Positions 52,805 through 64,000 of a stretch of 64,000 bases of DNA are shown piece by piece (position 1 is the stretch's first letter; each line of letters opens with the position of its first letter). A model generated the notes under the pieces. It made no database searches. It saw only the letters and a program-made list of their open reading frames with translations, and was not told where the DNA came from. The DNA lies in assembly GCA_016748015.1 (NCBI GenBank), contig JAAOMT010000436.1, positions 1,188,033-1,252,032 of the forward strand. Reading direction: 5' to 3'. A program made the position numbers and the translations under genes. Origin of the DNA: Geosiphon pyriformis uo1. Taxonomy: Eukaryota; Fungi; Glomeromycota.

Positions 52805-53310
52805 TAATTTATTTTTATTTTTTATTTATTTAATAAGTAAAGTCTAAACACTATCTAATAAAATACATTATTATATGATCTAAACTAGGCATAAATCATG
52901 CTTTTACTACATGTGATCAGCCACTCAGACCAGTCAAAACAACACTAAGCACTTATAAGAACAGAAACTATATTACTAACACCTGAGAAAAACAACAGGA
53001 CTTACAAAACCCAAAACTGATGCCAAATACATCCATGATACCCAACAATCTAACTACACCAACCAAAAGCCACTCAGATAAACCAGAAACAGAGACGAGA
53101 ATGGAGCCATCATGAGGAATTAGCCCACACTTTTTCATAAAGGCTTAGTGTTTTGCACAGACCAGTCAGATATCTTTCTAAAAAGTGAGACAAAGCTTAT
53201 GCACAAAGTCCACAATCCTTTCACATCCAACCTTAGAATCACCAAAAACCAAAACAAACTCACAACACCAACCACTAAATACAAAGCCCTTATACAGAGC
53301 CATTAATTTA
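52805..53310 (-). mobile_element. 5'-truncated LINE 3' end nested in the LTR element
   Basis: Minus strand ends LFFSGVSNIVSVLISA* followed by a short 3' UTR and A-rich tail; similar to 17500-17900. Confidence 0.6.
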
Positions 53311-53539
53311 TAAATAATAAAAAAAGAAGAATTTATAATATATTTCAAGTTTTTTTAATAGTTTTTTTACTAATAAGCTAAAAAAAGCTCTTTTTTTATT
53401 TGAAAACAATTTTTGAGGATATTTATATTTATGTATAATTTTTTTATAGATATAATTTGTAATTAAAATAGCTGTTTAATTTGATATTGTTTTGGTTTTT
53501 ATCTATTTTATTAAATAATCAGTTGCTGTTATAATATAT

Positions 53540-54130
53540 TTCTTTGACAGAAGTGACCAAATGAAGAGGGGATTCCAAAGGAATAGGGGGAAATAAGTCC
53601 ATGTCGACATCATCAATGGCAGAGTCAAAGTCACAGGGCCCCAAAGATGGAACCTTTACTGTACCGAAGTTGAAGCATTTAGCCTTTAGAATGTTGGTAC
53701 AAGAGTCTAGCAGCCTATTACTCTTGCTGCCAGCACCATAGCCTAAGTTCTTGCCCAACTTGTGTTCCAACTTTTCTTTGAAAGAGGTATCCATGTTTTT
53801 GTACTGGCTGGGCTTGCTCATAGATAATTTGAAAGATAAATCAGCTTTGTCGCTTGAGTGTTTGACTTTACTAAGTAAAACCTTTGATTTTTGCCTCAGA
53901 CTACCACTCACAGAACTTGTAATGGCACCTCTGGCCAATTTCTTTGTGGACATAATGTTGACAGCATTAGACGCCAAAGGAACAACAAAAAAATTGGTGA
54001 GTTGAGAAATTGTGAAAACCAAGCAAAAGTAAAAGATGAAAACAGATAAAAAAACAAAAACTTTTTCAAAAATACACTATTTTAGGAATTTGGGATGTAG
54101 GGGAGAAAAAAGTTTTTTTGGTTTTTTTTC
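53540..54130 (-). mobile_element. LINE 5' end / ORF1 N-terminal fragment, relatively unmutated
   Basis: ORF 53519-54022 (MSTKKLARGAITSSVSGSLRQK...LLDSCTNILKAKCFN...DFDSAIDDVDMDL); 5' leader similar to 25950-26060; retains CpGs. Confidence 0.65.
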
Positions 54131-57100
54131 AATATTTAATATTATAATCAAATTTATTTAAATAGATAATCCAATAAGAAAGCTTTTTATGATCCAGTTT
54201 TTTTTTTATTTTTTAGCCAAATTAAAGTTTAATAATTGGTATATATATTGAATTTTTTTTATAAAATATTTATTTTAAGAATTAGTGGATTATACTACTG
54301 CTAAGTATTTTTTTTTGGTTGTTGTGTAATTTTTTTTGTTTGTTTTAGGGTTTTATTACTATAAGTTATGACTTGTTTTTTTTTTCTTGTTTTTTTTTTC
54401 TTTTTTTGTAATAAAACAGTACCAAAAAAATATTAAAAGCATTAGTATAAAGAATAAATAACTTGTTAAAGTCAAGTTGTTTTAAAATTAGTTTAGTGGT
54501 CAGTTTTTCTTTTAGAATTTCAAATGTTTTTTGTTAAAAAATATTTTAATGATAATTAATGTTTTTTTTAGAAGCTAATTAAGTGAATATGTAATTTTAG
54601 AGAAATTTTTAATAAATTTGTGATAATATAAAACTAATTTCAGAAAAGATTATAGCTTTAAAATATTTATTAATTGTTTAAGTTTTTGTACTTTTTTAAC
54701 TTTGGTTGGATCTAGAAAGATTTTATTTTTTGTTATAAGATATTTTAAAAACTAAGTAAATTGTTTTTCAAAAAATAATTTAATAAAATTGATTTTAAAT
54801 TAAACATTTTTTTAAAAATTAAAAACTTTTTAAAAATATTTTAGATACTTATTTTATGTTTTTGAATATACAATTATATTATCTAAGTACACTAAAACAA
54901 ACTTTTGATATTTTGGTCTAAATACTTTATTTATTAATCTTTAAAATATGAATAAGATATTTGTTAATCTAAAAAACAGTACTGTAAATTTGTAAGTTCT
55001 ATATTTTGTAATTAATATGGTTTTTTTTTCTACTAACAGAATCTATTTCTATTTGCCAAAATCTAATAGTTAAATCAATTATTGTAAAATAGGTTAAGCT
55101 TTTAAATTGATTAAAAGTATTATTAATCTTAGAAAAAAATTACATATTTTATTTGATAATTGTATTTAATAATTAGTAATCTACACAAAATTGTAAAAAT
55201 CTATTTTTTTTGAATACTATTATAACAAAAAATACTTATTTACTCTTAATTTTTTGTATAAATTTAAGTTTTTTTATTTGGTTTATTTTTTTTTAATAAA
55301 CTTGTTATTTTATTAATTTAATTAATTTGATTTTAAATAGAATGACCAGATATTTTTGGTTTTAATTACATATTAAATAAGATTTGTTTGGCTAAAATGT
55401 TTTTTTTCTTTTGATATTATTGCTTTATTTTTTGTCAACAAGTTTTTAATATCAATTTTTTGGTTATTTTTACTGGGTTTTTTTTGTTCAATTACCAAAA
55501 ATTAGGTTATAGATATTTTTTTTTCAAATAATTTTTGTACAATTTTAATTTTTTTATCAAAAATCAAACTAATCAGTTTTTAATTCTTAAAAAAAGATAA
55601 ATAAAATTTGTATTTATTGCTTAAAGAGTAAAAAAAGTATTAAATACATTGTTATTAGAGGTTTTTGGGTTTTTTTTTCAATGCTGTTATTGTCTGTTTG
55701 CTGTAAATTCACATTTATTGAAAGCTAGTAAATTTTTGATAACTGAATTTATTTTTAAATTATTTTTTATAATTTGAATTGCTGAGCTTATAAATGAAAT
55801 GGCCAATTTTATACCAATTACTATATATAATTACTTTGTAGTAAAAGTTAACTCTTTTTTAAGAATTGTTTATCTAAAAGCTCACTAAAATGTGTAGTTA
55901 CTTTGCTGTAAAAGTCAAATCTTTTACAGGAATCTCGTCTGTAAGCTATTTTAATAATTATAATAAAAAAAAAAGAAAAAATTATAAAAATATAAATAAA
56001 ATAAGATTTTGTTAAAAGAATTATTTTTTATCTAGGCCAGAAGTCACTAACAAATTACTGAAATTGGTAACTAGTTAATTTCAAAATGTTAATTGGGTTT
56101 TTTTTTTGGAATATCAAGTATAAAATATTTAAAAATTGGTTTTCTAACTATTTTTATTTTTTTGAATTGTAATAATAAGAATAAATTTAAATAAGATATA
56201 TTTTTTTGAAAAAAGAAACTCTTTTTTTATACAATTTGTTGTAGTATTAGTTCATAAATTTGCACTTTTTTTTTGCTATAATTTTGACAAATTAAAGATA
56301 AATTTTGATAAACTACAAATTATTTTGACAAATTATTAATTATTTTAATGAATTATCTATTATTTTACAAATTTCTACAAATTTCAGCAAATTCTTAAAT
56401 ATTACAAAGTTTGGAGTATTGCATAATATGATCATCACAATTGTGTATCATACAAATTGAATTATTAATTAGATAAAAATATTTGATAATTTGATTAACT
56501 AATAAGTAATAATTAAAACAATAATAATATATGCTAATTAATAATAGAAATTATAAAAGTAATTTAATGTTAACTAATGGCTAAAATTCTACTAGTAGCA
56601 ATATAAACTATACTATTAATAGTTTTATTTTGTTTTTTTTCTAGATTGTTGTTTGAATATTCTTTTGAGCATATTATAATATAATTAATAAATAATTTTT
56701 TCATTAACAATTAATTTTTTACTATTGGCTTATATATTGTCTATAGAATTATTATTATTACTAAAAGTAATAAAAGCTAATTTGGTTTTTTTATCTTTTT
56801 TTTTATTTTTTATTTATTTTTCAAAGTTTTTTGAATTATCAGAATTATTATTTTTATTGTTTATTTGTTGTTGTTGAATTACAGTAGAAAAAACAGTCTA
56901 ATAATAATATTTAATTATAATTGATTAAGACTTATTTTAAATTCTAAGTTCATAAAACTTATAGTTAAAAAGAGCTTTTGTTTTTTTATTTGTTTTCAAT
57001 AATTATAGTATAATTTTTTGCTTTTAATATTTCTATATCAGTTTTAATACAAACTTTATTAATTTAAATAGAAATAGCTTTAATAATTTCTAGTTTTTTT

Positions 57101-59239
57101 TTTGTTTTTATAAATATTAGTTATAAATCAGATTAATAGTTTATCAATTTTTTTTTAATTATATTTAAAAAGTACTAAGCTATAATATTAATAAATAAAC
57201 CACTATTTAATATTAAATTTATGTAATAATTGGCAATTTAAATTTTATAAATAACAGAAATAATAATATTATTAAGAACTAATATTATTTATCAAAAGCA
57301 TTTGTTGGTTTTGGTTTGTTTTTTTTTAAGATTCTTTTGAAACTAAAAATATGTTATAAATTAACCAAAAATAATATAGACAGATGTTTCCATCAGATTT
57401 TTTACAACTAAATAAAAGTATAATTTTTAAATAATCTTTAGTGATTTTAATTTTGGTAAAGTTTTGAAAATTTTTACTTTTAAAACTTTATTTTTGTTAT
57501 TAAATATTAAAACAATATTATTAAAACCTAAGTTAAATTCTATTTTTTGTTTTTTAAATCTAATATAATTTAATAATTTGTTACTATTTTTTTGTATTTT
57601 GTATTATTATCTATTAAGTTAAAGTTAAATAAAATTTTTTTTTTGGTCTGTACTTTTATTTTTGAAAAATGTATTTACTAGTTTAAAAACTGATATTTTG
57701 TTGTTTTAATTAAAGAATTCTTTTTAAAAAAATTTATGTAAATCTAATTTATATTTGAATTAAAAATTCTAATTATTGTTGATTTTATTATTTAATTGAT
57801 TATTATTTTTTAAAACTGAAAAAGACATTGAAAAATTATTATAATTTTAGGCCAAATAATCAGTATTTTTATATTGATAACAAACAAAAAATCTTTGTTT
57901 TTTGAATCTTAAAATATATTGAGGTTATTGTAATTAATTATAATAAGATTAATATTAGAATCTTTAAAATCTTTAATTTTTTTGAACTGTTTTAGTTAAT
58001 GGTTTTAAAAGTCAAACAAAATTTGTTGTTAATTTATTTATTAATTATTCACTTAAATTTTAAATATAAGCAGTAAATAATATAGAGACTAATTAAAAAA
58101 AAGCAAAAGTAAAAGCAGTTATTGAAAAAAAATCATGTTTTCTAAGTGTATTTATTGATTGTTTTTGATTTTTTGTGTTATTTCTATTGTTTAATTCAAA
58201 GTAAAATTATCTTTAATGACAAAAAGAAGTCATATAGCATAAAATAAGTTTGTTTTTAATTTTTTTGTAAATAAATATATTTTTTGTTTTTCTGTCTAAT
58301 TTTTTTTATATTAACTTGTTTATTAATTTTTTTAAAATTTTGCACTCTTTTTTTCAATTTTATTTTTTATTTGGATATTAATATGACAATACAAAATTTT
58401 TCTTTAAATTTAATAGTAAAAAAAATTGTATTTTGTTTAACATTCTTAAATAACTATTAAATTATTTATTAAGCAGCTTCACTATTGGTTTCTTGAATAA
58501 ACTATATAACAAAAAATTCTTAAAAATATTTTTTTACTATTTAAAACTTATATTTATTATTATATTGGTTTGTCATAATAGCTTTTTTAAAGTTTTTAAG
58601 CTATTTTATTAAGTCTTAAGAGTTTTTTTTGAACAAAAGTAAAAAATTTATGTTTTTTAACTTAATATAGTTTAAATATTTTAAAAGACTAATAAAATAT
58701 CTGTTTTATTTTATGCTATAACTGAAATAGATATTTGAAATAAAAAATATAAATTACTTAAAAAAGATTTAAAAACAAATACTGTTTAATAATTTTTTTC
58801 ATTTTTAGTTTTTAAAAAAGTTTTAATTTATTAATAAGTATTTATCCAAATATAAATTTGTTAATTTAAGATTTTAAATTTAAGAAAAAGTTGGTTAAAG
58901 ATAACTGAAAATAATAATTAATTGATATAATTGTTTTAGATTTTAAGGTTTTTTTTAATATATACTTGATTAAAAAAATAAATAGTATATGTTAAGAAGG
59001 TTTTGGCTAAATGTTTAAATAAAAACCAATTTTAGAAATCTTGAAATTTTTGACTAGACTGTTTTTTAACCAAAAAGCAAATAAGACAAAATGAAAAAGA
59101 ATTAAGTTCAATATAGATTAGATTATTTTGATTGTGCTATAAAATAATTTTGTGTTTTTATTATTAAAAAAAAATAATTATTCATATAATAGTAAATAAT
59201 TTTAAGGATTTGACAACTTTACAGAAAGCATCACATTTA

Positions 59240-59810
59240 TGTTATGTTTAAATTAATAAATTAATAAATAGCAAGAAAAAACAGTATTGTATAGTAATAA
59301 AATAATCAAAAAGATAATTTAACTTTAATAAGCAAATTGAATTAGTAAGAATTCAATATGTAAAATCAGTCTTATAAATATTTCAGTTGCTATTCTTTTT
59401 AAAAGATAACAAGAAAATCTAAAAGTAGAGAGATAGTTTGTACTATTAATAAAAGATAATACACTAATATAATTCTATATCTTATGTTGGCACTCTTAGA
59501 ATTCAATATTAGATATTAGTCATATTTTTTAGTAAATGTTTATTCAATATACTTCATAAAAACTAACAATTATACAAATCAAGAAAAGAAAAGAAAAAAG
59601 AAATAGTAAAAAGAAGTTTTTACAACTCTTAATATGTCTTGCTTATATACAATAAAAAATGATCAAGTAAATGATCGAGTCAATGATCACATCAACGACT
59701 TATTCTAAAAATAGGCTGGCTAATTATATGATATCAGTGGCTAATACATGTGGCTAATTATGGTTAAGTAAATAGATAAGATTTAAAAAGTAAAAGTTTT
59801 ATCCGTAACA
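59240..59810. repeat. right LTR (putative 5' LTR)
   Basis: TGTTATG...CGTAACA termini; homolog of 51047-51742. Confidence 0.85.
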
Positions 59811-59942
59811 TTACAATTATTTTACTCTTTGTTTTAACTATAATCATAAAAATAAGAAAGAAAATTTTTTTACCAATTGTTTTATATTTAATATAAAGAA
59901 ATATTAAATTAAAATATAAAATAGTAAATAACTAATAATAAC

Positions 59943-59944
<2 letters not shown>

Positions 59945-59985
<41 letters not shown>

Positions 59986-59997
59986 TAATAATAATAA
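59945..59997. repeat. (AAT)n microsatellite at the edge of the TE block
   Basis: Direct reading. Confidence 0.9.
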
Positions 59998-60826
59998 ATA
60001 ATTTATCTAAATAAAAATTTATTTCAATTGACAAAATACAAATTTTATTATTAAACAATAAACAACAAACCAAATTCTAAAAAAGATATTATTTTTATTT
60101 TTTTATTTGTTATCAAATAAATTTAATAAATATAATTATTTATAATATATTTGATTTATAATATATTATTATACATTTAATATATCAAAATGGTTTGTGC
60201 GCGATCCATGTATAAATGTACGGAAATTAGTTCATACGAGAATAGTCTGTGGTTGGGCTACACCGCAAGCATATAAAAAAAAGCATATACACCGAAAATA
60301 AAATAATAAACAATTTTATAACAATAACAAAAAAAGGTATAAAATATTAACAATTATATATATTAATTACAACTAGTTTATAACATTTTTGTGATTTCTA
60401 ACTGGTTGCAGGATTTATGAAATCATGTCAAATAAAAACTTGAAATTAATACTATTAAACAATTAGGTGGAGCAACTGAAAAAACGTCTCCTCTGAATAC
60501 CACATCCTCTTGTTAAAGGGCATGTGTATTTCTCCTCATAATATTTTTTGAAAATTCCTTGAGAATACATACATACATACATACATACATATATTTACAA
60601 TTCTGGAAAAATGTATTTGCCACAAATGTCGATAAGTTGAGGGGTATGAGTGGGTTTTACAGGAATAAAATCATCAAATTCGTGAAGAGAAGGGTAATGT
60701 GAATAATGTGAGCCCTTCCACGTTTCCAAAGGATACTAATCGAAGAAGCAAATGTGTTTTTGAACACGAAGAAAATGTCCAAAAAATAGCATCTCTTCAA
60801 ATATTTTCAACGTTGTTTCATTCTCG

Positions 60827-62812
60827 TTATACATTTTTACCGGCATTGCAAGAATCTGCTTTACCAGCCTCAATACAACGTTTACAGGGATTTTGCCTAT
60901 CGCATCCACGGTGAATATCACGACATCTCGAACAAGGTTTTCCTGAAGTTTGAGGAGTTGGGCTCTTTATTCGACCTGATCTTGATAAAATTTGATCATC
61001 ACTTCTAATTTCTTCTTTAGGCATCGGAATTGCACCATTCAAACATATTTGACCAGTTTGCATAACTTTTGGTCTCTTCGCTGCCTGGATGAGTAAGGTT
61101 TATGTGAAAGAAAATGCGAGGCGCCATGAAAAAAGAATACAAGGCCGAGCCGATGAAAAAAATTATTTCTATACCCCGGTGTTATCGGATTCCTTTTCGT
61201 TTTTAATATCAATCTTGGCATCTTCAGAGTTGCGTTTTTTTCTTCCTCCGCTTTGTTGGTTCTGCGTTTGTCGTGAGGAAGTTTTAGTAGTAGAAGTAGT
61301 GGTAATACTTCGGGATGATGACGGTGCCTGATTATCATTTTCTGAAATGCTTTTAGTTATTGAATTTTTACCAGTCTCTGATTTACGACCTCTGCTGCCA
61401 ACAACGATTGGGTTGTGATTAACTTGGGATTCGGTATGTTGATTGAATTCTTGCTTTATAATTTTACCCTCATTCTGATCCAAATTTGTAGAGTAGTTCA
61501 TCATTTCGGAATTAAATATAGGTCGTTTACCAGATTCATTAGGGACTTCCTGCTGAACTTGATTATTTTGAATGAACTCATGTTTCATAAGAAAAGGTTG
61601 AGATAAATGATAGGTCTGGGGGATTTGATTAATTGGTCTAAAGTCATTAATGTTATGATCAGTTATTGGATTAAAACCAGTCGGAGGAATATGATGAACC
61701 AAGTTTCGGTTGATCGCCATATAACTTTTGCCATCCTCAAGTGATTCATAATTTCCTGTAATGATATTGTTTTGATCATCAAATAATGAAAAATTTTCCA
61801 AATTCAGAGCAGTTCGAATCTCTTGCTTTATATCCTCTTTGGTATCACTAGGCACGAATCTAAATTTGTAACCATTTTGTGATGTATCTTTTCTGATGAA
61901 TACTATGATGGATGAAAGATTTCTCTTTGCTTGAATTTGGGATGCCGGAACTATTGGGAATATTGAGGAGACCAAGGGAGTCGAGTTATGCATAGGAGTA
62001 TCGATTGTAGTGAGTTGGTGCGATGTGGTCAAGTGATTGGAACAATTATCTACTTGAGTAGGTTGAGATAAAATTGCCAGAGATTTTGTGAGATTTTTAT
62101 GATGTGCAGGGGTTTTAATGGTAAGGTTTTGACTATCAAAATTGGTGGAGAGGGAATGATTCTGAATATAACTTTTACTTGTTGTCAAGTTCTGATTCTG
62201 ATAAGCAGTGACATTAGATGACAAGAATTGTTCTTGAATTCCACCCTTTGACATGAATTGATTATGATGTTTGAGCATACATTTATTCTGATCATTAGAA
62301 TTATATTGAACATCATTGGCAACCTCCTTTAATAAAGATTTATTTGAATTTTCACCGCTCTGAAGGATTTGATTCTGATCCCTTGGTAAATTTTGATGAA
62401 TGGAATAAGGTTGAGTTTGATTGCAGTTCGATATGTTGTTAGGATTATGGTGAATGAATATGGTTTGATTCTTAATATTTTCTTTCGGCAAGATTTTCTC
62501 ATGATTACTGTGATTCTGTTTGCATGCAACTTTAATTTCTACAGCCTTATTGTGAGGGCTTTTGTGAGAGTCTTGTTGAACTTGGTTACTGTTTAAAGGC
62601 GGCTGACCAGGATTAGAGCCATTTGAAAAGAAATGGTTCTCCATATCTCGGATGAGTGTAGGAGTAGTAGTAGTATTTTGTTGAGTATTGTCATTGTGTT
62701 TAGATTCTTTAGTAGGGGTATTTGTAACCTGTCTCGTTGTAGACCTTGTTGAATAAGGTGGTGGTGTTACGGAATTTATTTCAAAAGTAGAGTTAAAGCC
62801 GAGGTCATCCAT
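60827..62812 (-). CDS. Zn(II)2Cys6 transcription factor with C-terminal cluster; Asn/Gln/His-rich; possible extra exon to 60595
   Basis: ORF 61169-62812 joins ORF 60827-61063 in frame through a GT-AG intron at 61085-61174; motif CSRCRDIHRGCDRQNPCKRCIEAGKADSC is C-x2-C-x6-C-x5-C-x2-C-x8-C. Confidence 0.8.
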
Positions 62813-64000
62813 TTAGAAATAATTAGGAGTGGGGAAGATAAAAGTATATATTACATGTAGACTTTATAAACTTTTTTTTTTTTTTAGCTGTTTTGACAAT
62901 TGAGAAAGTCAAAAACAACTTTTAAATTAACAATAAAAAAAATATTTTTTTAAAAATAGATGAAAAGATCTCCAAAAACAAACAAACAAACAAATAAATA
63001 AATAAATGATGGTGTAATATCTAATTATAAAGCTCCCAAAAGTGATACAGTGGAAATCGTTTTTTTTTTGAATTTGATTAAATTATCAATATTAAAAGAA
63101 AACGCCTGAATGTTAAAAAAAAAAAAAATTTAATTAATCACGAAATGAAATTATTAAAATGATAATATTTTTTTTAGAATTTAATGATAATAAAAACTAT
63201 GAAAAAATAATTTCAAATCATATTTTTAAGTTTATAATTAAAATTGAGTTTTTTAATTATTTATTTTATTTAAAATTTATTTTTGACGAATTATAATTTA
63301 TGTAAAAAAAATACCCATTTGTTCAAAATGGGAAAATGGGATACTTTTACCCGTCTCATTCTTGCATCCGAATTTATTTTGCCATAATACCGTATAATTC
63401 TCCATTTACCTTTTTTTAAGAAGTTTTAAATATAATTAATTAATAAATTTTTTTCATTAAAACTTTTGTTTTTGTTTTTATTTAATTTTAATATATTAAA
63501 AACCCAGCCCAAGTTTGGCTCGGAAGATAAAAATTAAAAACAACACCTATTTGGTGTTAAAAAATCATCTTATTTGTTGTGTGATTTTCGATTATGAGTT
63601 ATGACGTCTTTTATGCCGTCCACCCATTCATCCCATATCTTTTCTTGATTGCTGAGAAAAACTTGAACAATAATCTCAAGTGTTTCTCATAATCGCCCAA
63701 TGGGACAATACTTTACAAAATTAAACTAGAGCCGGGCGCCCAAGATTTCGGCTATCGGAATTCACCCGACCCATATAATTCACCCAAAACTCAATGGTTA
63801 GGAAAAACACCGACTATTTCCACGATCCACCTTGTTATAGGTACCCACTAAACCCCATAACTCGTTCTTGGGAATAATCCCAAGAATATTTTGATAAAGT
63901 TAACCCTTTTTAAATTAGCCCCGAATGCCAGAGATTTTGGCTCTCGGAGTTGGGCCCGACCCTAATACCCCCAATAATTTAAGGATCTGGGAAACCATCC

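Larger units (their letters stand above)
51047..59810 (-). mobile_element. degenerate full-length LTR retrotransposon (8.76 kb) with TTAC target-site duplication
   Basis: Direct repeats 51047-51742 and 59240-59810, both starting TGTTAT; TTAC at 51043-51046 and 59811-59814; pyrimidine tract TTATTCTCTCT after the left LTR is PPT-like on the minus strand; internal coding region too decayed to assign a superfamily. Confidence 0.8.
50000..60180. other. AT-rich block of hypermutated transposon remnants
   Basis: Sharp GC drop, CpG nearly absent, bounded by (AAT)n tracts; boundaries approximate. Confidence 0.85.

Noticed and set aside
60728-60736. GTATCCTTT on the minus strand as a second U12 donor
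   Set aside because: No convincing branch site or coding context; equally explained as an AG acceptor followed by TATCCT

Overview
Intron-rich eukaryotic (fungal) genomic DNA. Gene style and the repeat families suggest an early-diverging fungus, probably Glomeromycotina; the LINE ORF1 peptide resembles Geosiphon-type repeats as I recall them, which is inference and not a database result. The window alternates compact gene islands (about 1-15.8k, 30.1-50k, 60.2-64k) with two extremely AT-rich blocks of decayed transposons (about 15.85-30.1k and 50.0-60.2k). Genes: SEC17, RPS5, Rrn10-like, Sfh1 with a GATA finger, eIF2A, RPS0, MCFD2-like, PKA regulatory subunit, ERD2, a small orphan, ABCD4-like, VAT-1-like oxidoreductase, PGM2, AOS1, SPC25, OPY2-like and a Zn2Cys6 factor. 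The AT blocks resolve into a full-length LINE interrupted by two solo LTRs (each with an ACAT target duplication) and an 8.8 kb LTR retrotransposon (TTAC duplication) carrying nested LINE pieces. The strongest signal is that repeat copies differ almost only by C>T/G>A transitions, many outside CpG, i.e. a RIP-like repeat hypermutation in a lineage outside Dikarya. Other highlights are a U12-type AT-AC intron in eIF2A, a GC-AG intron and micro-exons in PGM2, and frequent AAG acceptors. All exon boundaries were inferred by eye.
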